Shown one piece after another: positions 46,880-55,894 of a stretch of DNA of 64,000 nucleotides (positions are counted from its first letter, which is position 1; each line of letters begins with the position of its first letter). The stretch covers positions 7,883 through 71,882 of the forward strand of contig CAZRGC010000002.1 of the NCBI GenBank assembly GCA_964599625.1, given 5' to 3'. The DNA comes from an uncultured Gammaproteobacteria bacterium (GTDB lineage Bacteria; Patescibacteriota; Microgenomatia; UBA8517). The notes under the pieces are model-generated. The model did not search any database and was not told the origin of the DNA. It saw only the letters and a list, made by a program, of their open reading frames with translations. Made by a program: the position numbers and the translations under genes.

Positions 46880-47521
46880 TTATTTTAACTCATCAACATC
46901 TGATTTTCTGACCCAACCGGTTGCTTCGGAAGTTGCAACAACCTTGTACCACAGACTATCTTTTTCCAAAAAAGGATAGGTTACATCGGGTATTAGTGTG
47001 CCAAGTTTTTTCGATTCAGTACTTTTTTCCGAGTAGATAAATGCAGAGCTAATCTCCGTTTTTAAAGCAACTCTTGTTCCGCCTGTTTCTACAATTTGTT
47101 GATCCAAAAGTATGTCGGCAACTGTTTCTTTAGGGTTTTCAGACAAACTGGGGGTTGGAGATACCAATGGTGTTTTTGTTAGTTTTAATAATTCTTCATT
47201 TTTCTTGAGGGCCTCCGCAAGTTGCGACTTCAAAATTGTTTCATTAGCGGTGGGTTCGTACCTATTAATAAGCTGGTGAGCATAAATACCCAAAACACTA
47301 AGTATGACTATGACAGTAACAAATCTGACAGACCACTTTTCGGAGCTTGTTCCTTCCGGATTTGTAAGCCTTAACCAAAAATACAGTGTGAGTGGCAGAA
47401 AAAGTATTCCTGAAACAATATTAAGCGGTTTGGGCGAGGAGATTCCGTAAGTAATCAAAAAAATGGTCGTTGCTACTATCGAATAGCCAAAAAGAAACCT
47501 TTCAAGTTTACGCATATCCAA
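46880..47521 (-). CDS. Three-TM protein with C-terminal SH3-like domain
   Basis: WYKV...GWVRKSDV; TM hairpin similar to its neighbours. True start may be the ATG two codons downstream. Confidence 0.75.
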   Translation of the reverse strand: MDMRKLERFLFGYSIVATTIFLITYGISSPKPLNIVSGILFLPLTLYFWLRLTNPEGTSSEKWSVRFVTVIVILSVLGIYAHQLINRYEPTANETILKSQLAEALKKNEELLKLTKTPLVSPTPSLSENPKETVADILLDQQIVETGGTRVALKTEISSAFIYSEKSTESKKLGTLIPDVTYPFLEKDSLWYKVVATSEATGWVRKSDVDELK

Positions 47522-47546
47522 ATTCTACCATAGCTTTACTGTGACC

Positions 47547-49535
47547 TTACGGAGTTGCGGGAGGATTGGAATCTTCCGGTAATACGATCGGAGGCTTTAC
47601 AGCTGAAGGCGCAACTGTGGGAGGAGGAGTCAGGTTGTCAGATCCTTCTGCGGTTTTTGCTGCTGGTTTGTTCTTTTGAATTTGTTCAACTGCGGCTTTG
47701 GCAATTTTTTCGTCTTCTGAACCTGGTTGAACAAGACTTAGTACTTTATTCATTTCTGTCAGGGCCTTGTCAAAGTCTTTCTTTTGGTTGTAAGCAAGGG
47801 CCAAGTTGTAATGAGCGTTGGCAAGATCGGGTTTTGCTGTTACTGCAAGTCCAAAAGCGTTTATGGCGTCGTCATACTTGCCAAGGGCGTAATAGACTCC
47901 GCCAAGGGCAATACGAAGGTTGGGTGAGATTGGGTCCAATGCAATAGCTTGATTAAAACTTACAATTGTAAAGTTGTCTGCACCTTGGGCGAATGGAATG
48001 ATGGATTGATAAGTTCTGGCTAAAAGTTCCCAATTTGCAGACCGTTGGGGATTAAGCGCTACTGTTGCCTTGGCTTCGGCAATGGCTTGTTGAACAAGCT
48101 GCGCAATGGTGCTTTTGTCTTGATCTGTTATGTCTTTCTTGCTTGCAAGACCCCTTGCCAAGGCAAGATCTAATTGATCAAAAGTTGCATGATATCGATC
48201 AACTTTATCATTTGAAGCAATTGCCGCTCTAAGCTCATCGTATGCAGTTTTGGCGTTGTTGGCCAATATGGCATCAATTGCTTTTTTGTAATGTAGCTCG
48301 CCCTTTATAACTTTGACTCCGACAACCATGGGGTAGACAGAAAATCCGAGAATTACAACAGATACCACAATAGCAGGTAGTTTGGAAGCAAATTCACCGC
48401 CGTCTTTTACAGATGTTGCTGAAAGATTCATAGTCAGCTCATTGTCTTTTGTGTTAAGGGCTGCAATCAGGAAGAAAGCCACAATAACAACAATGTTTGC
48501 AGGCAGTGTAAGAAGCCCGACCACCATAAGCACCAGAGAAAGCGAATATCCAGCCTCAAGTTTCAAATTGCCACTCGTAAGGTTTCTTAGATTTTTGACG
48601 ACTCCTTTTATCATTGTAAAAATTGCCAATACAAAAGCTGCTAACCCTAAAAATCCAACCTCTGTTACCAAGGTAAGTACGAAACTACTGGCAGAAAAGA
48701 ATCTATTTGCCCAAAGATCTGTAGAGTTGTAGGACAAAGGAAGATATTTAGTGAAGGCACTAAGATAGTTTGCAGGACCAGCTCCCAAAAGCGGACTGGC
48801 CTTAAGAGTGTCAATCGCTACAGACCAGCTAGTTTGTGTATCAACAACAACCGGAGTGCCGGGTTTACCTGGAAGCATCTGGTAAACCGAAAGCAGCGAG
48901 GACAATAAAACAACACCCGATGCAAGGAAAAAGAATATTTTTCTGAACTTATCTTTTTCTGAAAATGCAGCAGAGATTCCAAGTGGCAAAACAGAAAAAA
49001 GAAACATAACTTCAGGAAGTTTGCCGCCAACTGCAGAGAAATTGGCATCTCTTATTACAGCCGGAAGTTGGGGAATGCTGGCCAAAAGTCCTGTGAATGC
49101 GAATATTGATATCAATGCCACCAAAAGTGACGAAAGAAACAAACCTAACGCAAAATTTTCTCTATCACCTTTAAAAGCGATTTTTGCAAAAAAGTAAGCC
49201 AGAAAACCGCCCGCTATTATTGTTGCCGTGCCGGGAATTGCAAAAGCTTCCATCTTGTTGGGTGTTTTTGTGATAGCAGAAGCAATGTATGCAACAACCA
49301 ACAAAAGAAGTGGCATGTCAGACGAAGAAACATTAAGAGTTATTTTGCCCTCGGTGATAATTTTGACTGACCAGACCGCAAGAATGAGAAACAGAACAAA
49401 AACCAAAAGAAGCACTTTTGGCAAATCAAAATAGCTTGCAAAGTTTGTCAGAAGGAAAGAAGGAAAAAGAACGACAAACGTGAGTATGGAAGTTTTTAAC
49501 ACCTGATTTAGAAGCCTGCTCATATCGGAATACAT
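47547..49535 (-). CDS. O-antigen ligase (Wzy_C)-like membrane protein with TPR repeats
   Basis: Many TM helices; PLLGAGPANY...EVGFLG; TPRs such as ALGGVYYALGKYDDAI and AHYNLALAY. Confidence 0.8.
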   Translation of the reverse strand: MYSDMSRLLNQVLKTSILTFVVLFPSFLLTNFASYFDLPKVLLLVFVLFLILAVWSVKIITEGKITLNVSSSDMPLLLLVVAYIASAITKTPNKMEAFAIPGTATIIAGGFLAYFFAKIAFKGDRENFALGLFLSSLLVALISIFAFTGLLASIPQLPAVIRDANFSAVGGKLPEVMFLFSVLPLGISAAFSEKDKFRKIFFFLASGVVLLSSLLSVYQMLPGKPGTPVVVDTQTSWSVAIDTLKASPLLGAGPANYLSAFTKYLPLSYNSTDLWANRFFSASSFVLTLVTEVGFLGLAAFVLAIFTMIKGVVKNLRNLTSGNLKLEAGYSLSLVLMVVGLLTLPANIVVIVAFFLIAALNTKDNELTMNLSATSVKDGGEFASKLPAIVVSVVILGFSVYPMVVGVKVIKGELHYKKAIDAILANNAKTAYDELRAAIASNDKVDRYHATFDQLDLALARGLASKKDITDQDKSTIAQLVQQAIAEAKATVALNPQRSANWELLARTYQSIIPFAQGADNFTIVSFNQAIALDPISPNLRIALGGVYYALGKYDDAINAFGLAVTAKPDLANAHYNLALAYNQKKDFDKALTEMNKVLSLVQPGSEDEKIAKAAVEQIQKNKPAAKTAEGSDNLTPPPTVAPSAVKPPIVLPEDSNPPATP

Positions 49536-49574
49536 TGTAGTTTTTAAAATCTATGCGTGTCAATCACTAAATTA

Positions 49575-50003
49575 TTACTTAAACAAACCTGAAAACAATA
49601 CCATATTTACGAAGATAAGAATATTGATCGTTATGGCTATAAGGCACCAAGAACAATAAGTTTTAATCACTTTTGCTTGAAGGTAAAAAAGATATCCGCT
49701 AAACAAAGTTGCAAAAAGACCTGCAATCATCGGAAAGTAAAGAATATAGTCCGGGAGTTTGTAAATATATTCTGCAATAGAATACAAAGCAATTCCCAAA
49801 TAATATGCCAAACCGTAAAGCTCATTTTTTATTCCAAAGTGACTACCATAATCCGATCCAACAACCTTTGTGCAGTCTTCTCCAAGAATGCAAAACATTT
49901 TTTGACCCGTGGCGGCATATCTTTTGTATTGCCAGTGAAGAAAGTAGGCATTCACAAAACCCAATATTGACAGTATCAAAAGTGTGAACATGTTCTTCAA
50001 CAT
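49575..50003 (-). CDS. Vitamin K epoxide reductase (VKOR) family protein
   Basis: C....C..V..S.YG loop and CSWC active-site motif. Confidence 0.88.
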   Translation of the reverse strand: MLKNMFTLLILSILGFVNAYFLHWQYKRYAATGQKMFCILGEDCTKVVGSDYGSHFGIKNELYGLAYYLGIALYSIAEYIYKLPDYILYFPMIAGLFATLFSGYLFYLQAKVIKTYCSWCLIAITINILIFVNMVLFSGLFK

Positions 50004-50024
50004 TATATAATCAAGTGTTTTGAC

Positions 50025-50453
50025 ATGACATACGTAAAGTTAAAATTGTTGGTAGTTTTTTTTGTTTTGTCTGTTCTTCTGGGAGGTCTTTGGGCTGACC
50101 ACTATCCACACCATGATTTTTATCCCTTTTTTTCCTGGAGTTTGTTTTCCAATAGTTCCAACAGTGACACCTCATATTTTATTAAACTAAAGACTTATGG
50201 CGGAGTGGCGGATAACACAGTATTGTATGCTGATAATGTTTCAAAATATGTGGAGGGTTATTTTTTGCCAGACTTTTATTGGGACGTTCAGGAGTTTGCG
50301 GTGAATCCACAGATTCAGAAAAAGATTGAAAGTTCGTTTGCCAAAAAGCCGGTGGATTACTATCTGATAAAAGCGGATTATGACGCGGTTGTTTTAAGGA
50401 CAACCGGTAATTTAATAGATACTCAAGTAGTTTCGGAACACACAGTAAAATGA
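50025..50453 (+). CDS. Membrane-anchored protein, SdpA-like partner
   Basis: TM followed by FYPFFSWSLFS; coupled to the next gene. Confidence 0.5.
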   Translation: MTYVKLKLLVVFFVLSVLLGGLWADHYPHHDFYPFFSWSLFSNSSNSDTSYFIKLKTYGGVADNTVLYADNVSKYVEGYFLPDFYWDVQEFAVNPQIQKKIESSFAKKPVDYYLIKADYDAVVLRTTGNLIDTQVVSEHTVK

Positions 50454-51400
50454 AAAAAATATTTAGTTTGGATTTTATAGAAACAACGGCGAGGCAAAAA
50501 TCTTCTGTTATGAAGGCAGTCAACGCTGTTGCAACTTTCTACTTTTTTCAGATTGCTTTGGCGTTTATCAACTTGATGAAAATTGGTGCGGTGGACCCTG
50601 AGCGAAGCGGATTTTTGCCGATTTGGCCCATGAGCTGGGCGGGAAGTCTATCTTACTCATTCACTGCACAGATATTGGCTGTTTTGTATGCAGCTTCCGC
50701 ATTTGCGGCTGTGTTTTTTTGGCGAAAATGGTTTGTCAGACTTCTAGTTTTTTTGGCTTTCTGGCAAGTGCATGCACTGGACAGTTCTTTTGGCTATATT
50801 AACCATTTTTATTATTTGATTTTTTATGCATTGTTCATTTTTATTTTTCTTCCCGACACAAAAGAAGACACCGACCTGGATCATGATCAAGCCAAAAAAT
50901 TTTTGTTAGTATTTTGGGGGGTGATCGCAGCCGTGTTTGTGACATACACACTTTCTGGTTTTTGGAAAATATATTGGGGAATATTGGCCCAACTTGACGG
51001 GCGGCTGAGTTCTTTTTCTATGATGGCCTTTCCAGAGCACGTTGCCCGTAAAACAATTTTTGAGAGCAGGGAATATTTTTACAGCAATTTGGTAATTTCA
51101 AATCCCATTCTGGCATGGATTTCTTATCTGGGAACTATATATGTGGAATTTGCGGCTTTGTGGGTAGCGTTTAAACCTAATCTGCATAAGGTGTGGGCAT
51201 TTGTGTTCCTTTTTATGCATGTAGGAATTCTTTTGGTGATAGGAATACCGTTTTTTGAGTCAATTGCCGTTTTGTGTTTAATAGTTCTAAATTCGCCCTT
51301 TTCCGGAAAGGTAAATTTGGTGGAAATATTTTCGGATCTGCCGTTTTTTGGATTTGTATTCAAGAAGATATTTAAAATTGTCTTTCGCCACACTTTTTAA
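50450..51400 (+). CDS. HTTM/SdpB-like polytopic membrane protein
   Basis: SSFGYINH, YTLSGFWK, E in a TM helix and FMHVGILLVIGIPF motifs. Confidence 0.6.
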   Translation: MKKIFSLDFIETTARQKSSVMKAVNAVATFYFFQIALAFINLMKIGAVDPERSGFLPIWPMSWAGSLSYSFTAQILAVLYAASAFAAVFFWRKWFVRLLVFLAFWQVHALDSSFGYINHFYYLIFYALFIFIFLPDTKEDTDLDHDQAKKFLLVFWGVIAAVFVTYTLSGFWKIYWGILAQLDGRLSSFSMMAFPEHVARKTIFESREYFYSNLVISNPILAWISYLGTIYVEFAALWVAFKPNLHKVWAFVFLFMHVGILLVIGIPFFESIAVLCLIVLNSPFSGKVNLVEIFSDLPFFGFVFKKIFKIVFRHTF

Positions 51401-52155
51401 AAGAAAACTGACGTGTTGGGAAGCATTCCTCTGATTTTGCTTTTTTCTTGTTCGGGGAAGTTGTTTCCACCCAAAAATAAATATTGCAGATTCTGCAGAT
51501 TGCTTATGTTTGGTGGCAATGACTTTAGTTTGTTTCCGTGCAAATCCAATATGGAGAGATTTGTTAGTGAACCAAAGCTTTCTGGCAAAGATTTTATATT
51601 GTTGTTATACAGTAGAAGTGTTTTTAGATTTGCAAGGTTTCCAAGTGATTCGGGTAACGATGCTATTTTGTTTCCCCCAAGATCGAGAGTTTCCAGTGTT
51701 GTTATGTTTGATATCTCTTTTGGTAAAATTTTTACACCGCTATTTTTCAACCTTAGCGTTTTGAGTGAGGAAAGTTTGGATATTTCTTTTGGCGGGCTGC
51801 CAATGTGACTGTAATCAATGGACAAGACCTTTATCTGGTCACCAAGAACAAAAACTTGACTGGGAATTTTGTAGATATTGCTTACATAATCAAAGCCTAC
51901 ACCTGGTGCTGACACATTGTCGGTTGACTTAGTCATCAAGCTTAAGGGTAGGTCGGGGATTAAATATTTCCCGCTATACATTATTCCTGTTAGTGCAAAA
52001 ATAATTCCTGCAAAAATAGAAATGTAATCAAGATATTTGGGGTACAAACTTATATTTTTTATTGGAACTTCGGTATCTGTATCCGCTCTTTGCGGTTCTT
52101 TGGCAACTGGTCCTTGGGGTATTTCTGGTGATGGCTGTTGCGAAACTGGTTCCAC
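51397..52155 (-). CDS. Membrane-anchored leucine-rich repeat protein
   Basis: About five LPxxIxxLxxLxxLxLxxN repeats after a TM helix. Confidence 0.9.
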   Translation of the reverse strand: MEPVSQQPSPEIPQGPVAKEPQRADTDTEVPIKNISLYPKYLDYISIFAGIIFALTGIMYSGKYLIPDLPLSLMTKSTDNVSAPGVGFDYVSNIYKIPSQVFVLGDQIKVLSIDYSHIGSPPKEISKLSSLKTLRLKNSGVKILPKEISNITTLETLDLGGNKIASLPESLGNLANLKTLLLYNNNIKSLPESFGSLTNLSILDLHGNKLKSLPPNISNLQNLQYLFLGGNNFPEQEKSKIRGMLPNTSVFF

Positions 52156-52228
52156 AATTTATGATATACGATTTACATTAACAACAACAGATTGGTTGTT
52201 TGAGTAGGTGCTAGTATAATAGTTTGAG

Positions 52229-52687
52229 ATGCAACTTACTCTTTTTGTAAGACCGGTATTGATGTTTGCTGTCACTTTTTTGATTTTTTTTGCACTGTTA
52301 ACTTCTATACCGTTCAACTATCTTGGTGTTTCCGACCAACCAAAAGGAACTGCAATAAGACTCAACTATCTGCGATTGTCTAAAAATGCCTTTGTTGTTG
52401 TGCAAACACTTGATCCAAGGACAAACCTTCCAGATAAGGGGGGTTACTTGAACAATCCTTCGCTTATGCCTAGAGGAATTTACAAGAATATTGACTTATT
52501 TCTTGCAAACTCAATGGAAAATGTTCCTGATAAAGTTGCGGTTACAATCTACGAGGACACAAACTCAAATGATGAATTCGATCAATATTACGACTCGGGC
52601 GATGATTCAATCGTGGTTGTTTCCGATAGTCCGCTTTTCTCCAAGATCAACGGTAAAATATTTAGAAAGATAATAACTTTAAAATGA
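52229..52687 (+). CDS. Membrane-anchored surface protein
   Basis: N-terminal TM; FVVV...G.Y.N..L...IYEDTNSNDEFD Ca-binding-like motif. Confidence 0.65.
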   Translation: MQLTLFVRPVLMFAVTFLIFFALLTSIPFNYLGVSDQPKGTAIRLNYLRLSKNAFVVVQTLDPRTNLPDKGGYLNNPSLMPRGIYKNIDLFLANSMENVPDKVAVTIYEDTNSNDEFDQYYDSGDDSIVVVSDSPLFSKINGKIFRKIITLK

Positions 52688-53910
52688 AGTTTGTTAAAAA
52701 GATAAACCGAAAAATACTCATCTTGTCTTTTTTGATTGCATTGCCTGTTGTCTATTATTTTTTGTGGGCCCCTTATCGTGGCCAGGAATCAACCAGTCCG
52801 CTCAGAAACAAAGTCTTATCTGTTATCAAAAATTGCAAGAAAGAAGGAAACACGCTTAATTCAATGGACCAAAAATGCGTGTACAAAGCTTTCCACAATT
52901 TTGTTAACAGAGACAATGTGTCTCAGGTTGTTGCTGTGCTTATGGATATTTTTTCTAAGGCAGACAACTCCAGAGACCTGGGTACAAACAATTGTCACAT
53001 CCCCGCACACATCGCAGGCGAGATTGCATATCAGGACGGAGCTGACCTCAACGAGTTGTGGGATAAGTGTTCCAATAATTGCACTTTTGGCTGCTTGCAT
53101 GGAGGTTTTCAGGGACTTTTCAAAGAACAGGGATCTGCACTTTTGGACAACCTTGAGACAGCGTGCCATGTCTTGGAAGATCCAAATGATGCAGACCTTA
53201 GATCGTGTTGGCATATTGTGGGTCATGGATTAGCGGAATATTACGGAGCAGATATGAACTCCGCTATCAATAAATGCATGGGCTTACCCAACGAAAAGCA
53301 GCAAAGACATTGCATTATGGGTGTAAGAATGGAGTTTATTGTTGCCTCGGTTGACAACACAAGCCCAATGAAGCCTTTGAAGGATTATGAATACCTGGAC
53401 TTTTGTAAAAAATTTCCCTCAAAGTTTATAGAGGATTGTTATGCAGAAGCCGCCTATTATCAGATCAGAATAACTGATGATGTGAACCAAATGGTTGACA
53501 TATGCAAACTTGCTCCCAATATAGGGGATTCCAAAATAAGATGCGTTACAGGGTCCGGTTCTGTGTTTTTCTTTACCAATAAAGCCAACGCAGATGTTAT
53601 ACATAACTTTTGTGCAAGATACGGCGACAAGCATTATTCGAATGAATGTGCAATTGGGTCAGTTGACCTTGCTTCATCTGAGTGGGACCACTTGGAGACA
53701 GGGACCCAAGTATGCCTTCTTGCAAGCAAGGATTTTGTTGGGGAGTGCCTTGCGTTTTATGGAGGTAGGGTTCAGTTTTATAATGGGATGGCCAAGAGAA
53801 AAGAAATTTGCGGTATGCTTTCGCCGCAAGACAACAAAAGGTGTATGGGCAAACCCACAATGAAAAGAGACTATCTTATCCCTGTGACATTCGAAACTTG
53901 GGAAAGATAA
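52684..53910 (+). CDS. Secreted Cys/His-rich helical-repeat protein (paralog 1)
   Basis: CHIPAH, CTFGCLHG, CWHIVGHG, C..GV.ME motifs. Confidence 0.8.
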   Translation: MKFVKKINRKILILSFLIALPVVYYFLWAPYRGQESTSPLRNKVLSVIKNCKKEGNTLNSMDQKCVYKAFHNFVNRDNVSQVVAVLMDIFSKADNSRDLGTNNCHIPAHIAGEIAYQDGADLNELWDKCSNNCTFGCLHGGFQGLFKEQGSALLDNLETACHVLEDPNDADLRSCWHIVGHGLAEYYGADMNSAINKCMGLPNEKQQRHCIMGVRMEFIVASVDNTSPMKPLKDYEYLDFCKKFPSKFIEDCYAEAAYYQIRITDDVNQMVDICKLAPNIGDSKIRCVTGSGSVFFFTNKANADVIHNFCARYGDKHYSNECAIGSVDLASSEWDHLETGTQVCLLASKDFVGECLAFYGGRVQFYNGMAKRKEICGMLSPQDNKRCMGKPTMKRDYLIPVTFETWER

Positions 53911-54067
53911 CCCCCGGTAGTTTACTCAGATGGTTTTTTTTTGACACCCAGACCTCTCGGTTTGACTTGTTCTAATCGGACAACTTAATCTACAAAAAGA
54001 GGCAATTTATGACTGAGGCAAAATTATGAAATTGAGGCGGTATAATGGATTGCTTTTAAATCAGAAG

Positions 54068-55174
54068 TTAAATCTTTTCGTTGTGTACCAAAACACCGTC
54101 GGCAAAATATGCGTGATATGGACCAGGAAGGGAAATGTTGTACACGGTATTGGTGCCGTCAACATGTTCTATCGAGCTTACGGTATATGCGTTTCCGTCT
54201 GAATTCAAAAGTGTATCACCAATACTTAAAGACTCAGCAGTTATCCAGGCATTTCTGCTCGGGGACCACATAAGATGGTTACCTGTAACTTTAATTGTAC
54301 CGTTTATATTAAGGTAGCCGCCCTGGACGTCTTTGTGCACCAGAAGCTTGCTTACAACTTGAGGAAATGTTCTTCTGTTGGCCAAATCGTAAGAGAGAAT
54401 TATGTCCCCAGTTTTAATGTCTTCAATTGACTTTGTGGAACCATCAGCAAGTGCTACTTGTGTACCGGGGAGGAAACAGCTTGAGTAGTACAGTTGAGAA
54501 TAGGAATATGCCGCATATGATGATTGACCATAACCATAATATGTGCCTTGACTGTAGCTATAGTAAATTCCTTGGCCATAGCCATAGTATGATGATTGAG
54601 AATAGCCATAGTAGGCACTTTGAGCATAAGCGTAATAAGTAGATTGTGAATATGAATAGCAAGTATTTGTAAGTGAGAACGACGACGGTCCGCAATCAAC
54701 TGTTGAATATGAGTCAAAAAGACCAAGTCTTCTGTAGCCCGAGGCTGTGGCCGTTCTAAAATTAGTCAATGTAAAATTATCAGCCCAACCGTCGGCGTCT
54801 GTATCCTGAAGATAAATGGGTGTTCCAGATTTAATTGCTCCTCCGGCTTGCACGGCAATGCTCCCGGCTCCCACAGTGAGAGAGCCCACTGCCAGTGTGC
54901 CTGTGTTATTGATTGTTATATTGCCACCAGTGGTAAGACTTAGTTGAGCAGTGTTTGTTGTAGATGCATCGGTAGCACCATTATCCACACCTTCAACAGT
55001 ACTTGCTGAAATAGAACAGGCGGTGGCCCAATTCAGAACATTTTTTGTTGAGGCGGTCATAGAAGAGTAGAAATTGCATGCGGCGCTAGCAGATTTTGCG
55101 GAAGCCAAAAGGAGTATTCCGGAGATCGCAAAACTTATAACTATTTTGAGCGTGTTATTTTGTGTCTTTTGCAT
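54068..55174 (-). CDS. Secreted protein with Tyr-rich octapeptide repeats and C-terminal Hint domain
   Basis: Signal peptide ending ASA; DTDADG motif; YYxYxQxx repeats; Hint CFLPGT...TGNH...VHN then EKI-stop. Confidence 0.88.
   Translation of the reverse strand: MQKTQNNTLKIVISFAISGILLLASAKSASAACNFYSSMTASTKNVLNWATACSISASTVEGVDNGATDASTTNTAQLSLTTGGNITINNTGTLAVGSLTVGAGSIAVQAGGAIKSGTPIYLQDTDADGWADNFTLTNFRTATASGYRRLGLFDSYSTVDCGPSSFSLTNTCYSYSQSTYYAYAQSAYYGYSQSSYYGYGQGIYYSYSQGTYYGYGQSSYAAYSYSQLYYSSCFLPGTQVALADGSTKSIEDIKTGDIILSYDLANRRTFPQVVSKLLVHKDVQGGYLNINGTIKVTGNHLMWSPSRNAWITAESLSIGDTLLNSDGNAYTVSSIEHVDGTNTVYNISLPGPYHAYFADGVLVHNEKI
54485..54658 (-). repeat. 24-bp (8-aa) Tyr-rich tandem repeat, about 7 units
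   Basis: YSYSQST YYAYAQSA YYGYSQSS YYGYGQGI YYSYSQGT YYGYGQSS YAAYSYSQLYY. Confidence 0.9.
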
Positions 55175-55185
55175 CTATTTTGTTT

Positions 55186-55761
55186 TTAAGATCTTGGCGC
55201 AACAGTCACACTAGAAGATTTTCCATTAGAAGCTTTAGCTGTAAGTGTAAGAATATATTTGTAATCGACAGTGTCTTGCAAAGTTACAGAACCGGACCAC
55301 ATACCATCTGTGGCACTGCCCGAACTTTGGGTAAAGCTCACATCAACATTTCCGTGATCTGTGGTTAAGGTTCCCGTAAGAGTTGAAATTGCGGATGTAA
55401 AAGAAGCTTTGACTGTAAGGTTGAGTGTCTGTCCTTTCTTGGCATCAAGTGGGTCGAAAATTACCTGGGTAATTGTTGGGCCGTCGTGTGCACCCATACC
55501 AACTTGGTAAGTTCCTTTGGCACCATTATCAGGTATAAGAGGAATGGGTGTCGGAGTGGGTGTTGCCTTTGGTTTTGGTGTAGGAGATTTGGCTATCTCA
55601 ATTTTCCCAATTTCCTTGGGAATGTCTGTATTGACGACAGGTTCTTGAATTGATGGGGTAATGCTTTTCCAAACAAAATAAAAAGCAACGGCAAGAACTA
55701 CAGCAACAAACAAAAGTATAACTACCACCGACATTCCTTTATTGTTTGTTATCTTTTTCAC
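55186..55761 (-). CDS. Membrane-anchored protein with PT linker and Ig-like domain
   Basis: NNKG|MSVVVILL N-terminus, PTPKPKATPTPTP linker, beta-rich C-terminus. Confidence 0.75.
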   Translation of the reverse strand: MKKITNNKGMSVVVILLFVAVVLAVAFYFVWKSITPSIQEPVVNTDIPKEIGKIEIAKSPTPKPKATPTPTPIPLIPDNGAKGTYQVGMGAHDGPTITQVIFDPLDAKKGQTLNLTVKASFTSAISTLTGTLTTDHGNVDVSFTQSSGSATDGMWSGSVTLQDTVDYKYILTLTAKASNGKSSSVTVAPRS

Positions 55762-55894
55762 TTTGTTACAGGCAAAATGTTAATAATAATAATGAATTCT
55801 GGCTGAAAATTTGTCAAGTGGCATGGTGTTGATTGATAAAAACACAGCAATTTAAATATGTTATATTCAAAATTACGAATGTATAAAGTTGACG

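Noticed and set aside
16886-47521. tRNA-Ala-anchored genomic island bounded by att repeats
   Set aside because: The duplicate 3' end lies only 3 bp from the tRNA; I saw no distal copy and no integrase in the window.
54080-54478. Mobile intein with homing endonuclease
   Set aside because: The domain is ~133 aa with no endonuclease; the +1 residue is Glu and the C-extein is only 3 aa.
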